Shown: positions 1 to 7,781 of the stretch, piece after piece
How the letters are laid out: every line of letters starts with the position of its first letter
Position numbering within the stretch: position 1 is the stretch's first letter
The notes under the pieces: model-generated
Seen by the model: the letters and a program-made list of their open reading frames with translations, nothing else
What the model was told of the DNA's origin: nothing
Database searches by the model: none
Position numbers and translations under genes: made by a program
Source: Candidatus Eiseniibacteriota bacterium
GTDB taxonomy: Bacteria; Eisenbacteria; RBG-16-71-46; CAZAMP01
Direction of reading: 5' to 3'
DNA: 64,000 bases
Assembly (NCBI GenBank): GCA_965224245.1
Contig: OZ245046.1
Span: 3,552,001 to 3,616,000 of the forward strand

Positions 1-1092
1 GACGACGCCGAGCAGATCGCCGTCGAAGAGCCGCTTCTCGATGGCGCGGCGCTCCTTCGGGAGATATCCGCCGCGGTAGGGACTCAGACGCTCGCTCAGC
101 CCGCGTCCGACCCGGCCGAGCCGTTCGCGCGCGTACCGGTAGATGAGCTCGGCCACGACGCGCGTGCGCGTGAAGGCGATCGTGGGATGGCCCGAGACGA
201 CCAGCTCGGCGAGCCAGCGCTCGGCCTCGAGATGGCTGCTCCGGCGTTCGAGACGGGTCTCGTCCTCGTGTGGTGGATTCCAGAACACGAACGTCTTCGC
301 GCCCGACGGCGCACCGTCCTCGTCCACGACCTGGACCGGCTGCCCGATCAGCCGCTCGGCGAGCTCGCCCGGATTGCCGATCGTGGCCGAGCTGAGCACG
401 AAGGTCGGTGAGACCTCGTAGTGGTCCAGGATCCGGCGGAGCCTCCTGATCACCTGGGCGACGTGGGACCCGAAGATCCCCCTGTAGGTGTGGGCCTCGT
501 CGATCACGACGAAGCGGAGGTGCTCGAGGAAGCGGTACCAGCGCCCGTGGTACGGCAGGATGCCGCGATGGAGCATGTCGGGGTTGGTCAGGATGACGTT
601 GCCGTGGTCGCGCAGCTTTCGGCGCGTGTGCGGCGTCGTGTCGCCGTCGTAGGTACCCGCGACGACGAGGCGCTCTCCGCCGGGCACGTCGTCACGCAAA
701 CGTGTGAGGCTCCGGAGCTGGTCCTGAGCCAGGGCCTTGGTTGGAAACAACAGGAGTGCCGTGGCGTCGGGATCCTCCTGGAGCGTCTCGAAGATGGGAA
801 CGAGGTAGCAGAGCGACTTGCCGCTGGCGGTACGACTCACGACGACCGTGTGGCGGGCCTCGCGGACGTGCTCGATCGCCGTCGCCTGGTGACAGTAGAG
901 CCGATCGATCCCGCGTCGCGAGAGCGCGTCTCGCACCGGCGGAGGGAGTGGAGGATCCAGGTCGCGATGGCGCGCGCCGCGCTCGGGGATGCGGACCGTG
1001 TGGAGGTGGGCCCCCTCACGCGCGCCGTCGGTGAGGCGGGCGATGAGCGCATCGAACCGCCCCGGTCGATCGCCGGCACCGGCGGCCGTCAC
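1..1092 (-). CDS. DEAD/DEAH-box helicase of the MrfA/YprA (DUF1998-type) family, N-terminal part; runs off the window edge
   Basis: My translation of the minus strand from GTG 1092 (not in the ORF track, as there is no stop in the window): MTAAGAGDRPGRFDALIA...RLYCHQA, then FPTKALAQDQ and SPYRGGYLPKERRAIEKRLFDGDLLGVV, typical of this SF2 family. Starts 1 bp after the DUF72 stop. Confidence 0.85.
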   Translation of the reverse strand, partial: MTAAGAGDRPGRFDALIARLTDGAREGAHLHTVRIPERGARHRDLDPPLPPPVRDALSRRGIDRLYCHQATAIEHVREARHTVVVSRTASGKSLCYLVPIFETLQEDPDATALLLFPTKALAQDQLRSLTRLRDDVPGGERLVVAGTYDGDTTPHTRRKLRDHGNVILTNPDMLHRGILPYHGRWYRFLEHLRFVVIDEAHTYRGIFGSHVAQVIRRLRRILDHYEVSPTFVLSSATIGNPGELAERLIGQPVQVVDEDGAPSGAKTFVFWNPPHEDETRLERRSSHLEAERWLAELVVSGHPTIAFTRTRVVAELIYRYARERLGRVGRGLSERLSPYRGGYLPKERRAIEKRLFDGDLLGVV

Positions 1093-1093
1093 C

Positions 1094-1990
1094 TCACGCG
1101 CTCCGATCCATCTCGGGAAGATCGAACTCGAGCTGCAGGCTCCGCGCCGAGCGGGGGGGGACCAGCGACACCGGTCCGGTGTTCGGGTGTCGCTCGACGA
1201 GACCGGACGGTAGTGGCGTCTTCGGATCGATCCACAGCGCCGCCAGGAGTCGGGCACCGGCCACCGCGTGACCCGCGTGGCAATTGTTGAAGAACGCATA
1301 GACGCGCTCGGTGTCGGCCACCATGGCGCGGATCCGATCGGTCCAGGCGGCGAGCTCGTCGCGCGAGTACGCGTAGTCGTATCGGTCACCGCCGCCACCC
1401 CACCAGTTGGCTCGATTGCGTCCGTGAAAGCGGAGGTAGCCCACCGGCGTGGTGGTCCGAACGACCGGCGGCATCAGACCGTCCAGGTCGGGCTCGTCCA
1501 CGACGCAGTACCCGATCTCGTGGCGCTCCAGAAACGCGAAGACGTCGTCGCGCGCCCAGCCCGCGTGTCGGAACTCGACGAACATCGGCAGCTCGCCGAG
1601 CGCCGCCCGGGCGCGAGCCAGATGCTCGAGAGCGGGCTTCCCATGGCGAAACGCCCACGGAAACTGGAAGAGCACACCCCGCAGGCTCCCGGCATCGATC
1701 AACGGCGAGATCGACTCGAGGAACTGCGGCATCGTGCCCGCCATCTCGCGTCGATCGTGCGTGGCCGAGCGGTGTGCCTTCACCATGAACTCGAACTCGG
1801 GGCCGGTGACGTCGACCATCCGAGCGAAGGTCTCGGGCGGGGGGATGCGGTAGTAGGTGCTGTTGATCTCGACCGCCGAGAACTGCGACGCGTAGTACGC
1901 GAGCATGTCACGCGGCCGGAGCCGCTCCGGGTAGAACGGACCCACCCAGTCCCGGAAGCTGAAGCCCGACGTGCCGATTCGGATGCTCAT
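1094..1990 (-). CDS. DUF72 (YecE-like) TIM-barrel protein
   Basis: IRIGTSGF, VEINSTYYRIP, VEFRH, YLRFHGRN, RYDYAYS and FFNNCH motifs. The ATG at 1990 overlaps the upstream stop (ATGA). Confidence 0.92.
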   Translation of the reverse strand: MSIRIGTSGFSFRDWVGPFYPERLRPRDMLAYYASQFSAVEINSTYYRIPPPETFARMVDVTGPEFEFMVKAHRSATHDRREMAGTMPQFLESISPLIDAGSLRGVLFQFPWAFRHGKPALEHLARARAALGELPMFVEFRHAGWARDDVFAFLERHEIGYCVVDEPDLDGLMPPVVRTTTPVGYLRFHGRNRANWWGGGGDRYDYAYSRDELAAWTDRIRAMVADTERVYAFFNNCHAGHAVAGARLLAALWIDPKTPLPSGLVERHPNTGPVSLVPPRSARSLQLEFDLPEMDRSA

Positions 1991-2856
1991 GTCACGAGCT
2001 CCATGCGGGGAGCCGACCGTCGCGCCGGCGGGTCGTCCGCGGCCGCGTCGACGCCGTCGCCGAGGCCGACGCGATGCTCGCCGCGAGCGATCCCCACGAG
2101 AACGTCGGCCTTGCATCCGAAGTGATCGGTGAGCGTCGCGATGCTCGCACGGGCGAGCTGTCCGCCCGAGTGCACACCGAGCGCGGCCAGACGTGCGGCG
2201 GTCAGGTCGGAGATCCCCGGGAGCGCACCGACCGGGCGATCGTTCACCCAGTCGCGGTACGTCGACTCGCGAAGCGAGACAATCTCCGGGCCGAGCGCGC
2301 TCGCCGCGGCACCGCGGGCCACGATGTCGTTCGGACCGATCCCGATGCGCGCGTCGCCGGGAAAGAGCGCGTCGAGCGCCGATCGAAGCCGCAGCGCGAC
2401 GCGCTGGGCCATGGCCCCGCCGATCACCCGGATGCTCAGCGCGATCGAATCACGCTCCACGCGTCCCACGGCGGGCGAGAATGTCGCGATGGGATCGAGC
2501 CATCGCTCGATCCCTCGGCGCCGGGCATCGAGATCCGCGTAGAAGACCTCGAGGGCCGGGCATCGTCGCTTCGCTCGGGTCAGCGACATTCCTCGCCGTA
2601 CGCCGTGGTTGCGCGCCGAGCGCGAGCTCGCTCGGATGATCGGACCTTTGCGGGACACGAGAACGATGGGCCTCTTCGCGCCCTCCGGCTGCGCGAGCGC
2701 CGACAGAGCCTCGAGCAGTCCGGGCATGGTCACGTGAAGCACCATCGTCGTCCGGTTCGAGGGTGGCCGGACGACCGACGCCGAATCGAGCGCGAGCAGC
2801 GTCGGCGCCGACCGCCGGTCGACGTCCACGACAGTCTGGGACATGGCGACGCTCAT
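1987..2856 (-). CDS. Y-family DNA polymerase-like protein (DinB/ImuB-like), catalytically degenerate and C-terminally short
   Basis: ASSRSARNHGVRRGMSLTRAKRRCPAL, RIGIGPNDIVA and the HhH-like PVGALPGISDLTAARLAALGV match the IMS fold. ATG 2856 follows a GGGAGG RBS. Confidence 0.8.
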   Translation of the reverse strand: MSVAMSQTVVDVDRRSAPTLLALDSASVVRPPSNRTTMVLHVTMPGLLEALSALAQPEGAKRPIVLVSRKGPIIRASSRSARNHGVRRGMSLTRAKRRCPALEVFYADLDARRRGIERWLDPIATFSPAVGRVERDSIALSIRVIGGAMAQRVALRLRSALDALFPGDARIGIGPNDIVARGAAASALGPEIVSLRESTYRDWVNDRPVGALPGISDLTAARLAALGVHSGGQLARASIATLTDHFGCKADVLVGIARGEHRVGLGDGVDAAADDPPARRSAPRMELVT

Positions 2857-2869
2857 GCTCGTGACCTCC

Positions 2870-3130
2870 CTATCCATCCAGCCAGACGCGCGTGAGCCTC
2901 CATGCCATCGTCCCGGAGTGAAACGAGAGCTCGAAGCTGTCGGTACTCTCGCCGAGCACCGAGAAGTAGTGCACGCGCTCCGAGCCGATCTTCTGGGTCC
3001 AGTCGCCCGTGACGCGCGAGACGCGAACGACGCGACGCCTCCAGCGAAAGCGAAGCGGCTCCATCCGTCCGTTGCGAAACCACGTGAGCACCTCGATGGG
3101 TTCGTTCACCGACTCGACCAACGTCGTCAC
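2870..3130 (-). CDS. small DUF6504-like protein
   Basis: PLRFRWRRRVVRVSRVTGDW...HYFSV...FELSFHSGTMAWRLTRV pattern; lies in the lexA operon. Confidence 0.65.
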   Translation of the reverse strand: MTTLVESVNEPIEVLTWFRNGRMEPLRFRWRRRVVRVSRVTGDWTQKIGSERVHYFSVLGESTDSFELSFHSGTMAWRLTRVWLDG

Positions 3131-3231
3131 CCCGGTGCGTCCGTCCAGTGATGAAAACGCGTGACCCGGCGGTCGACTCGTCCCCGATCGAGTCGGCCCG
3201 CCAGGTCACGCCCCTAGCGTCGTACCAAGTG

Positions 3232-3912
3232 TCAGTCGTAGCGCCTCAGCACGGCGGTCACCCGTCCCAGAACCCTCACGTCGGCAAAGGCCTCGGGGCT
3301 CAGGATGATCGGTGTGAAGGCCGGGTTTTCGGGCAGCAGCGCGATGCCGTCGCGCGAGCGATGCAGCCGCTTGACCGTGGCCTCGTCCTCGAGCAGAGCG
3401 ACGACGATCTCGCCGTTGCGGGCGTCGGACTGAGAGCGCACGACGACGATGTCGCCGTCCAGGATGCCCGCGTTCATCATGCTGTCGCCGTGCACTCGCA
3501 ATGCGAAGAGATCTCGATGATGGGCGACGAAGCCGTCCAGATGCAGCACGTCCTCGACGTTCTCCTCGGCGAGGATCGGGGCGCCCGCGGCCACACGGCC
3601 GACCAGAGGGATCCCTCCGCGGGCGTAGATCGTATCGAGGTCGGCGCCGGCGTCGTCGACGTGCACGTCGGACGAGCCGAGGGCGGCGGCCACCGCCGCG
3701 TCGATCAGCTGGATGCCCCGCGAGATCCGCGGATTGCGCCGGATGTAGCCCTTCTCCTCGAGTCGCTTCAGGTAGTAGCGGACGCCGTTGGTCGACTGGA
3801 TCCCGAATGCCTCACCGATCTCGCGGATCGACGGCGGAAGCCCATCGACGTCGATCGCGTTCCGGAGATGGGCGAGAAGCTCGCGCTCTTTGTCCGTCAA
3901 CGCACTACCCAT
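3232..3912 (-). CDS. lexA: SOS repressor LexA
   Basis: wHTH PPSIREIGEAFGIQSTNGVRYYLKRLEEKGYIRR, Ala-Gly cleavage site VAAGAP, catalytic Ser in GDSM and Lys in ATVKRL. Confidence 0.97.
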   Translation of the reverse strand: MGSALTDKERELLAHLRNAIDVDGLPPSIREIGEAFGIQSTNGVRYYLKRLEEKGYIRRNPRISRGIQLIDAAVAAALGSSDVHVDDAGADLDTIYARGGIPLVGRVAAGAPILAEENVEDVLHLDGFVAHHRDLFALRVHGDSMMNAGILDGDIVVVRSQSDARNGEIVVALLEDEATVKRLHRSRDGIALLPENPAFTPIILSPEAFADVRVLGRVTAVLRRYD

Positions 3913-3979
3913 GACTGGCTCCCTCTCGTAGGATGACCGCGCCGGGTCGAATTGCCCGCACGAGCACGACCACGCCGGA

Positions 3980-4008
3980 AATCTACATGAACAGACGTGC
4001 AGTCACAA
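3980..4008 (-). promoter_or_regulatory. sigma70-type promoter of the lexA operon (TTGTGA-N17-TAGATT)
   Basis: Minus strand reads TTGTGA CTGCACGTCTGTTCATG TAGATT, about 70 bp upstream of lexA. Confidence 0.65.
3988..4001. promoter_or_regulatory. putative LexA box 1 (TGAAC-AGAC-GTGCA)
   Basis: Near-palindrome inside the -35/-10 spacer of the lexA promoter. Confidence 0.7.
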
Positions 4009-4017
4009 GGCGAAAAG

Positions 4018-4031
4018 TGCACGAATGTGCA
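4018..4031. promoter_or_regulatory. putative LexA box 2 (TGCAC-GAAT-GTGCA)
   Basis: Perfect 5-4-5 palindrome offset 30 bp from box 1; fits the TGCNC-N4-GTGCA box known for Fibrobacter LexA. Confidence 0.75.
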
Positions 4032-4174
4032 ATGCCCACGCGAGCACGGACTTGGCGGGCGTCCCGGACCGCGTGAGCGTCTCCGGCCGCTCGTCGGCAG
4101 TCGGATCGGCACCCGCGGCATCGGGCGGCGGTGATCGTAAGTGGTATTGTTGAAATGAATTGAGAGGGGACGGC

Positions 4175-5095
4175 ATGATCCTGCCGCGTCGCGAGGTGAT
4201 CCGACGCCATCCGGACAATCCGATTCTGACCGCAGCCGATCTGCCCGCCGGCCACACGGTGTTCAACAGCGGGGTCGTCCGCCATGCCGGCGCGATCCGG
4301 ATGATGCTCCGGATCGAGGACGAGGACCGGTTCCAGCACTTCCGGATGGCCGAGAGCACCGACGGCGTGCACTTCTCGGTGTCGTCCGAGCCGGTCCGGT
4401 TTCCGCCGGATCCCGCGGCCGAGGCGTACGAGGGCACGATCTACGACCCCAGGATCACCCCGCTCGAGGGGCGCTACGTGATCTGCTACGCGGCGCACAG
4501 CTACCGCGGCGTCCGGATCGGCATGGCCCGCACGGAGGACTTCCAGACCTTCGAGCGCCTCCCGTTCGGATCGGCCGTCGACAACCGGAACGGCGTGCTG
4601 TTTCCCGAGCGCATCGGAGCCCGGTACGCGCGACTCGAGCGACCGCAGACCATCAAGGACCGCGGCGATCTCTGGCTCTCCTACTCGCCGGACCTCGTGC
4701 ACTGGGGCGACTACCACTGCATCGCGGAGACGCGCCAGCACTCGTGGGACCAGTGGAAGCTCGGCGCCGGCGCGGTACCCATCGCGACGCCCGACGGGTG
4801 GCTGTGCATCATCCACGGCGTCTGCAAGACCGCGAGCGGGTCCATCTACCGGCTGGGGGCGATCCTCCTGGATCGCGAGGATCCGACCGTGGTCCTCGCG
4901 CGCTCGCGGGGCTACATCCTGTCGCCCCGGGAGCTCTACGAGCGAGTCGGCGACGTCCCGAACGTCGTGTTCACGTGCGGCGCGATCGTCGAGGACGATG
5001 GCGAGGTGAAGATCTACTACGGCGGCGCGGACACCTGCATGTGCCTCGGGCTCTCCACGGTGGACGAGCTGCTCGCGGCGTGCCGGGAGCGCTGA
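4175..5095 (+). CDS. GH130 family glycoside phosphorylase/hydrolase (beta-mannoside phosphorylase-like)
   Basis: RHPDNPIL, VFNSGV, YDPRIT, DNRNGVLFPE, KLGAGAVPI and GDVPNVVFTCG...YYGGADT motifs; GAGGGG RBS. Confidence 0.92.
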   Translation: MILPRREVIRRHPDNPILTAADLPAGHTVFNSGVVRHAGAIRMMLRIEDEDRFQHFRMAESTDGVHFSVSSEPVRFPPDPAAEAYEGTIYDPRITPLEGRYVICYAAHSYRGVRIGMARTEDFQTFERLPFGSAVDNRNGVLFPERIGARYARLERPQTIKDRGDLWLSYSPDLVHWGDYHCIAETRQHSWDQWKLGAGAVPIATPDGWLCIIHGVCKTASGSIYRLGAILLDREDPTVVLARSRGYILSPRELYERVGDVPNVVFTCGAIVEDDGEVKIYYGGADTCMCLGLSTVDELLAACRER

Positions 5096-5127
5096 CGCCG
5101 ACGGCCCCGTTGAACGAGGAGAGAGCG

Positions 5128-5790
5128 ATGCACCGCGTGCCCGTCGTCGACGCCGAGCCCTGGTCGGTGGGAACGGTCTACTGCCTGGGGAAGAACTACC
5201 GGGCCCACGCGGTCGAGATGGGTCAGGCGACGCCGAAGCCACCGGTGATCTTTCTGAAGCCGGCGACCACGCTCGTGCCCCTCTCCGAGCCCGTGGCGAT
5301 CCCCACCGACCGCGGTCCGGTCCACCACGAGATCGAGCTGGTGATCGGGGTGAGGTGGCTCGCCGGACGCGTGCCCGCCGACGTGACGCCCGACGACGCC
5401 GAGTCGGCGATCGCGACCCTCGCGGTGGGCCTGGACCTGACGCTGCGCGACGTCCAGTCCGCGGCCAAGTCCGCCGGCGAGCCGTGGGCCGCTTCGAAGG
5501 GCTTCACGGGATCGGCGCCGGTGTCGGCGCTCCGGGCGCGGGGCCATCTACCGTGGTCGGATCTGTCGCTGTCGCTCTCGGTGAACGGCGCGCCGCGCCA
5601 GTCGGCCCCTCTGTCCGACATGACACTCTCCCCGGCGGCCACGGTGGCCGCGGTCGCGCGCGCGTTTCCGCTGGCCGACGGCGACCTGATCTTCACCGGG
5701 ACTCCGGCCGGCGTGGGACCGCTCTCCCCCGGCGACACGCTCGACGTGCGGCTGGATCCGATCATCGCGGAGCGGACCCGGGTCGGCTGA
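5128..5790 (+). CDS. fumarylacetoacetate hydrolase family protein
   Basis: CLGKNYRAHAVEM, HHEIEL, LDLTLRDVQ, KGF and GDLIFTGTPAGVG; GAGGAG RBS. Confidence 0.92.
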   Translation: MHRVPVVDAEPWSVGTVYCLGKNYRAHAVEMGQATPKPPVIFLKPATTLVPLSEPVAIPTDRGPVHHEIELVIGVRWLAGRVPADVTPDDAESAIATLAVGLDLTLRDVQSAAKSAGEPWAASKGFTGSAPVSALRARGHLPWSDLSLSLSVNGAPRQSAPLSDMTLSPAATVAAVARAFPLADGDLIFTGTPAGVGPLSPGDTLDVRLDPIIAERTRVG

Positions 5791-5929
5791 TCCCGAGCAG
5801 ACCGCACCCGCCGGCGGAGCGGAAGATCTCGCCGAGGGCCGCCGTCAGCCATGCCCGCCGCGGTCGGCGGCGGCGTTCGGCCGTCCGGGCCGGCGCGGGC
5901 CGTCCCGCCACGATCAGACATAGACCCAC

Positions 5930-5938
5930 TGCTATACT
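5930..5938 (+). promoter_or_regulatory. extended -10 element TGC-TATACT
   Basis: AT-rich hexamer with TGn extension about 60 bp before the ATG at 5998. Confidence 0.5.
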
Positions 5939-5997
5939 TCTCGGACCCGACGATCCCGAGGCCCCCGGACCCCACCGCCCGATCCGAGGAGTGCTCC

Positions 5998-7725
5998 ATG
6001 AGCCGACACCAGAGATCGCGGTCCCCCCACCGACACCGTTTCGCTCTCCTGGCCGCCGTCCTGGTCCTGACGACGATCGCCCTGCCGGCCTATCGTCGCG
6101 CCGAGCGCGACCCGGCGCGCACGACATCCACGCTGACCGCGATCTCGGCCGTCTCGGAGACGGGCACGCCGACGCTGTGGGTCCGCTTCGTGGACAAGGC
6201 GGTGGAGAGCTCCGAGGACTGCGCCCGGGCGCTGGCCGCGCTCGAGCCGGCCGTGAGCCGTAGCGCCTCCGACCGGCGCCGGCAGGCGCGGCACGCCGAC
6301 GACTTCGACGACCTGCCGATCCCCGCCGCGTACGTCGCCGCGATCGAGGCGACCGGCGCGGTCGTCGTCCACGAGAGCCGCTGGCTCAACGCGGTCAGCG
6401 TGCGCGCCGACCTCGAGACGTTCGCGACCCTCGCGGAGCTGCCCTTCGTCGCGTCGCTGGAGAGGGTGGCGTCCTGGCAGAGCACGCCGACCTGGCGCGT
6501 GGGGCGGCCTCCGAAGGTCGTGGCCGATACCGTCGCGACCGGAGCGGACGGCATCGACTACGGAGCCTCGCGCGGGCAGATCCAGTCGATCAATGCCGTG
6601 GCCGCGCATGCGTCCGGCCTCGACGGCGAGGGAGTCGTCGTCGCCCTCCTCGACACCGACGTGGATCTCGATCACCTCGCCCTCCGGCATCTGGTCGCCT
6701 CGGACCGGATCCTGGCCCGCCGCGCGTTCGTGTCGCCCGCGACCGGCTCCGATGCCCGCGACGCGCACGGCACGGCGATCCTGTCCGCGCTGGCCGGGTA
6801 CGCCGACGGGATGCTCGTGGGCCCGGCGTTCGGCGCGTCGTTCCTACTGGCGTGCGTGGACGACCCGGCCCGCGAGTGCGGGACCGCTGCCGACGCGTGG
6901 GTCGCCGCGCTGGAGTGGGCGGAGGCATCCGGCGCCGACGTCGTGGTGACGTCGGTCGACACCCGGACCGCGATCGGGGATCCGGAGTTCGGCGAGTCCG
7001 TGGAGACCGTCCTTCGCCTGGCGAACGACCGCGGGCTGCTCGTGGTCGGCCCGAGGACGGCGGCAAAGCGGACGCCGGCATCGCCGGTCGTGGTCGGACA
7101 CGGCCGGCACGACGCGAGCTCGGTGTTCCGTGTCGTGAGCGACGGCTACACCCGGAGCGCCGATCGCGACGACGCCGACCCGACGACCCCGCGCACCGGC
7201 ACCGTCTGCGCGCTCGCCGACGGCGACGCCGACGGCACCTCTCCCGAGTACGGCTGGATGGCCGGCCCCGCGATCGAGGCCGCGCTCGTCGCGGGTGCGG
7301 CCGCGCTCGTGATGGATGCGCACCCCACGTGGCCGGCGGCCGCGGTCCGTGACGCGCTCGAGCTCACCGATCTGCTCGGCGGCGGCGTGACCCTTCCCGA
7401 CGTGGCCGCCGCGGTCGCCAACACGTGTCCGACCGCGCTCGCGGACGGCGACCACGGCGAGGCGTTTGACGCGGGGCCGAATCCCTTCCGGTGCCGCGCG
7501 CGGCTGACCTATGATCTGCCGGACGCGCGCCTGGTGCCGGTGACCGTCGAGATCCGGCGGCCGGACGGCACGTTCGTGCGGGGGTATCGAAGCGCTCCCC
7601 GTACCGGCGCCATCTCGTGGGACGGTCGCGATCGACACGGTCGGCGGCAGGCGCCGGGCACGTACGTGGCCACGCTCTCGGCCGGTGAGTGGCATGCTTC
7701 GGCGAAGCTGGTTCTCGATCCCTGA
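5998..7725 (+). CDS. secreted S8 subtilase-like protein with degenerate catalytic Ser region and FlgD-Ig/T9SS-like C-terminal domain
   Basis: Signal peptide, propeptide SRWLNAVSV, LLDTD (Asp), AHGTAI (His), C-terminal PNPF...WDGRD..G...PGTY...KL. Confidence 0.8.
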   Translation: MSRHQRSRSPHRHRFALLAAVLVLTTIALPAYRRAERDPARTTSTLTAISAVSETGTPTLWVRFVDKAVESSEDCARALAALEPAVSRSASDRRRQARHADDFDDLPIPAAYVAAIEATGAVVVHESRWLNAVSVRADLETFATLAELPFVASLERVASWQSTPTWRVGRPPKVVADTVATGADGIDYGASRGQIQSINAVAAHASGLDGEGVVVALLDTDVDLDHLALRHLVASDRILARRAFVSPATGSDARDAHGTAILSALAGYADGMLVGPAFGASFLLACVDDPARECGTAADAWVAALEWAEASGADVVVTSVDTRTAIGDPEFGESVETVLRLANDRGLLVVGPRTAAKRTPASPVVVGHGRHDASSVFRVVSDGYTRSADRDDADPTTPRTGTVCALADGDADGTSPEYGWMAGPAIEAALVAGAAALVMDAHPTWPAAAVRDALELTDLLGGGVTLPDVAAAVANTCPTALADGDHGEAFDAGPNPFRCRARLTYDLPDARLVPVTVEIRRPDGTFVRGYRSAPRTGAISWDGRDRHGRRQAPGTYVATLSAGEWHASAKLVLDP

Positions 7726-7781
7726 TCGATCGCCTCACCGGACGTGCCGACGCCTCCATCGCACGGGGATCGATCCAGCCG

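Noticed and set aside
421-1290. 289-aa plus-strand ORF
   Set aside because: Antisense shadow of the minus-strand helicase and DUF72 genes, which carry the real motifs.
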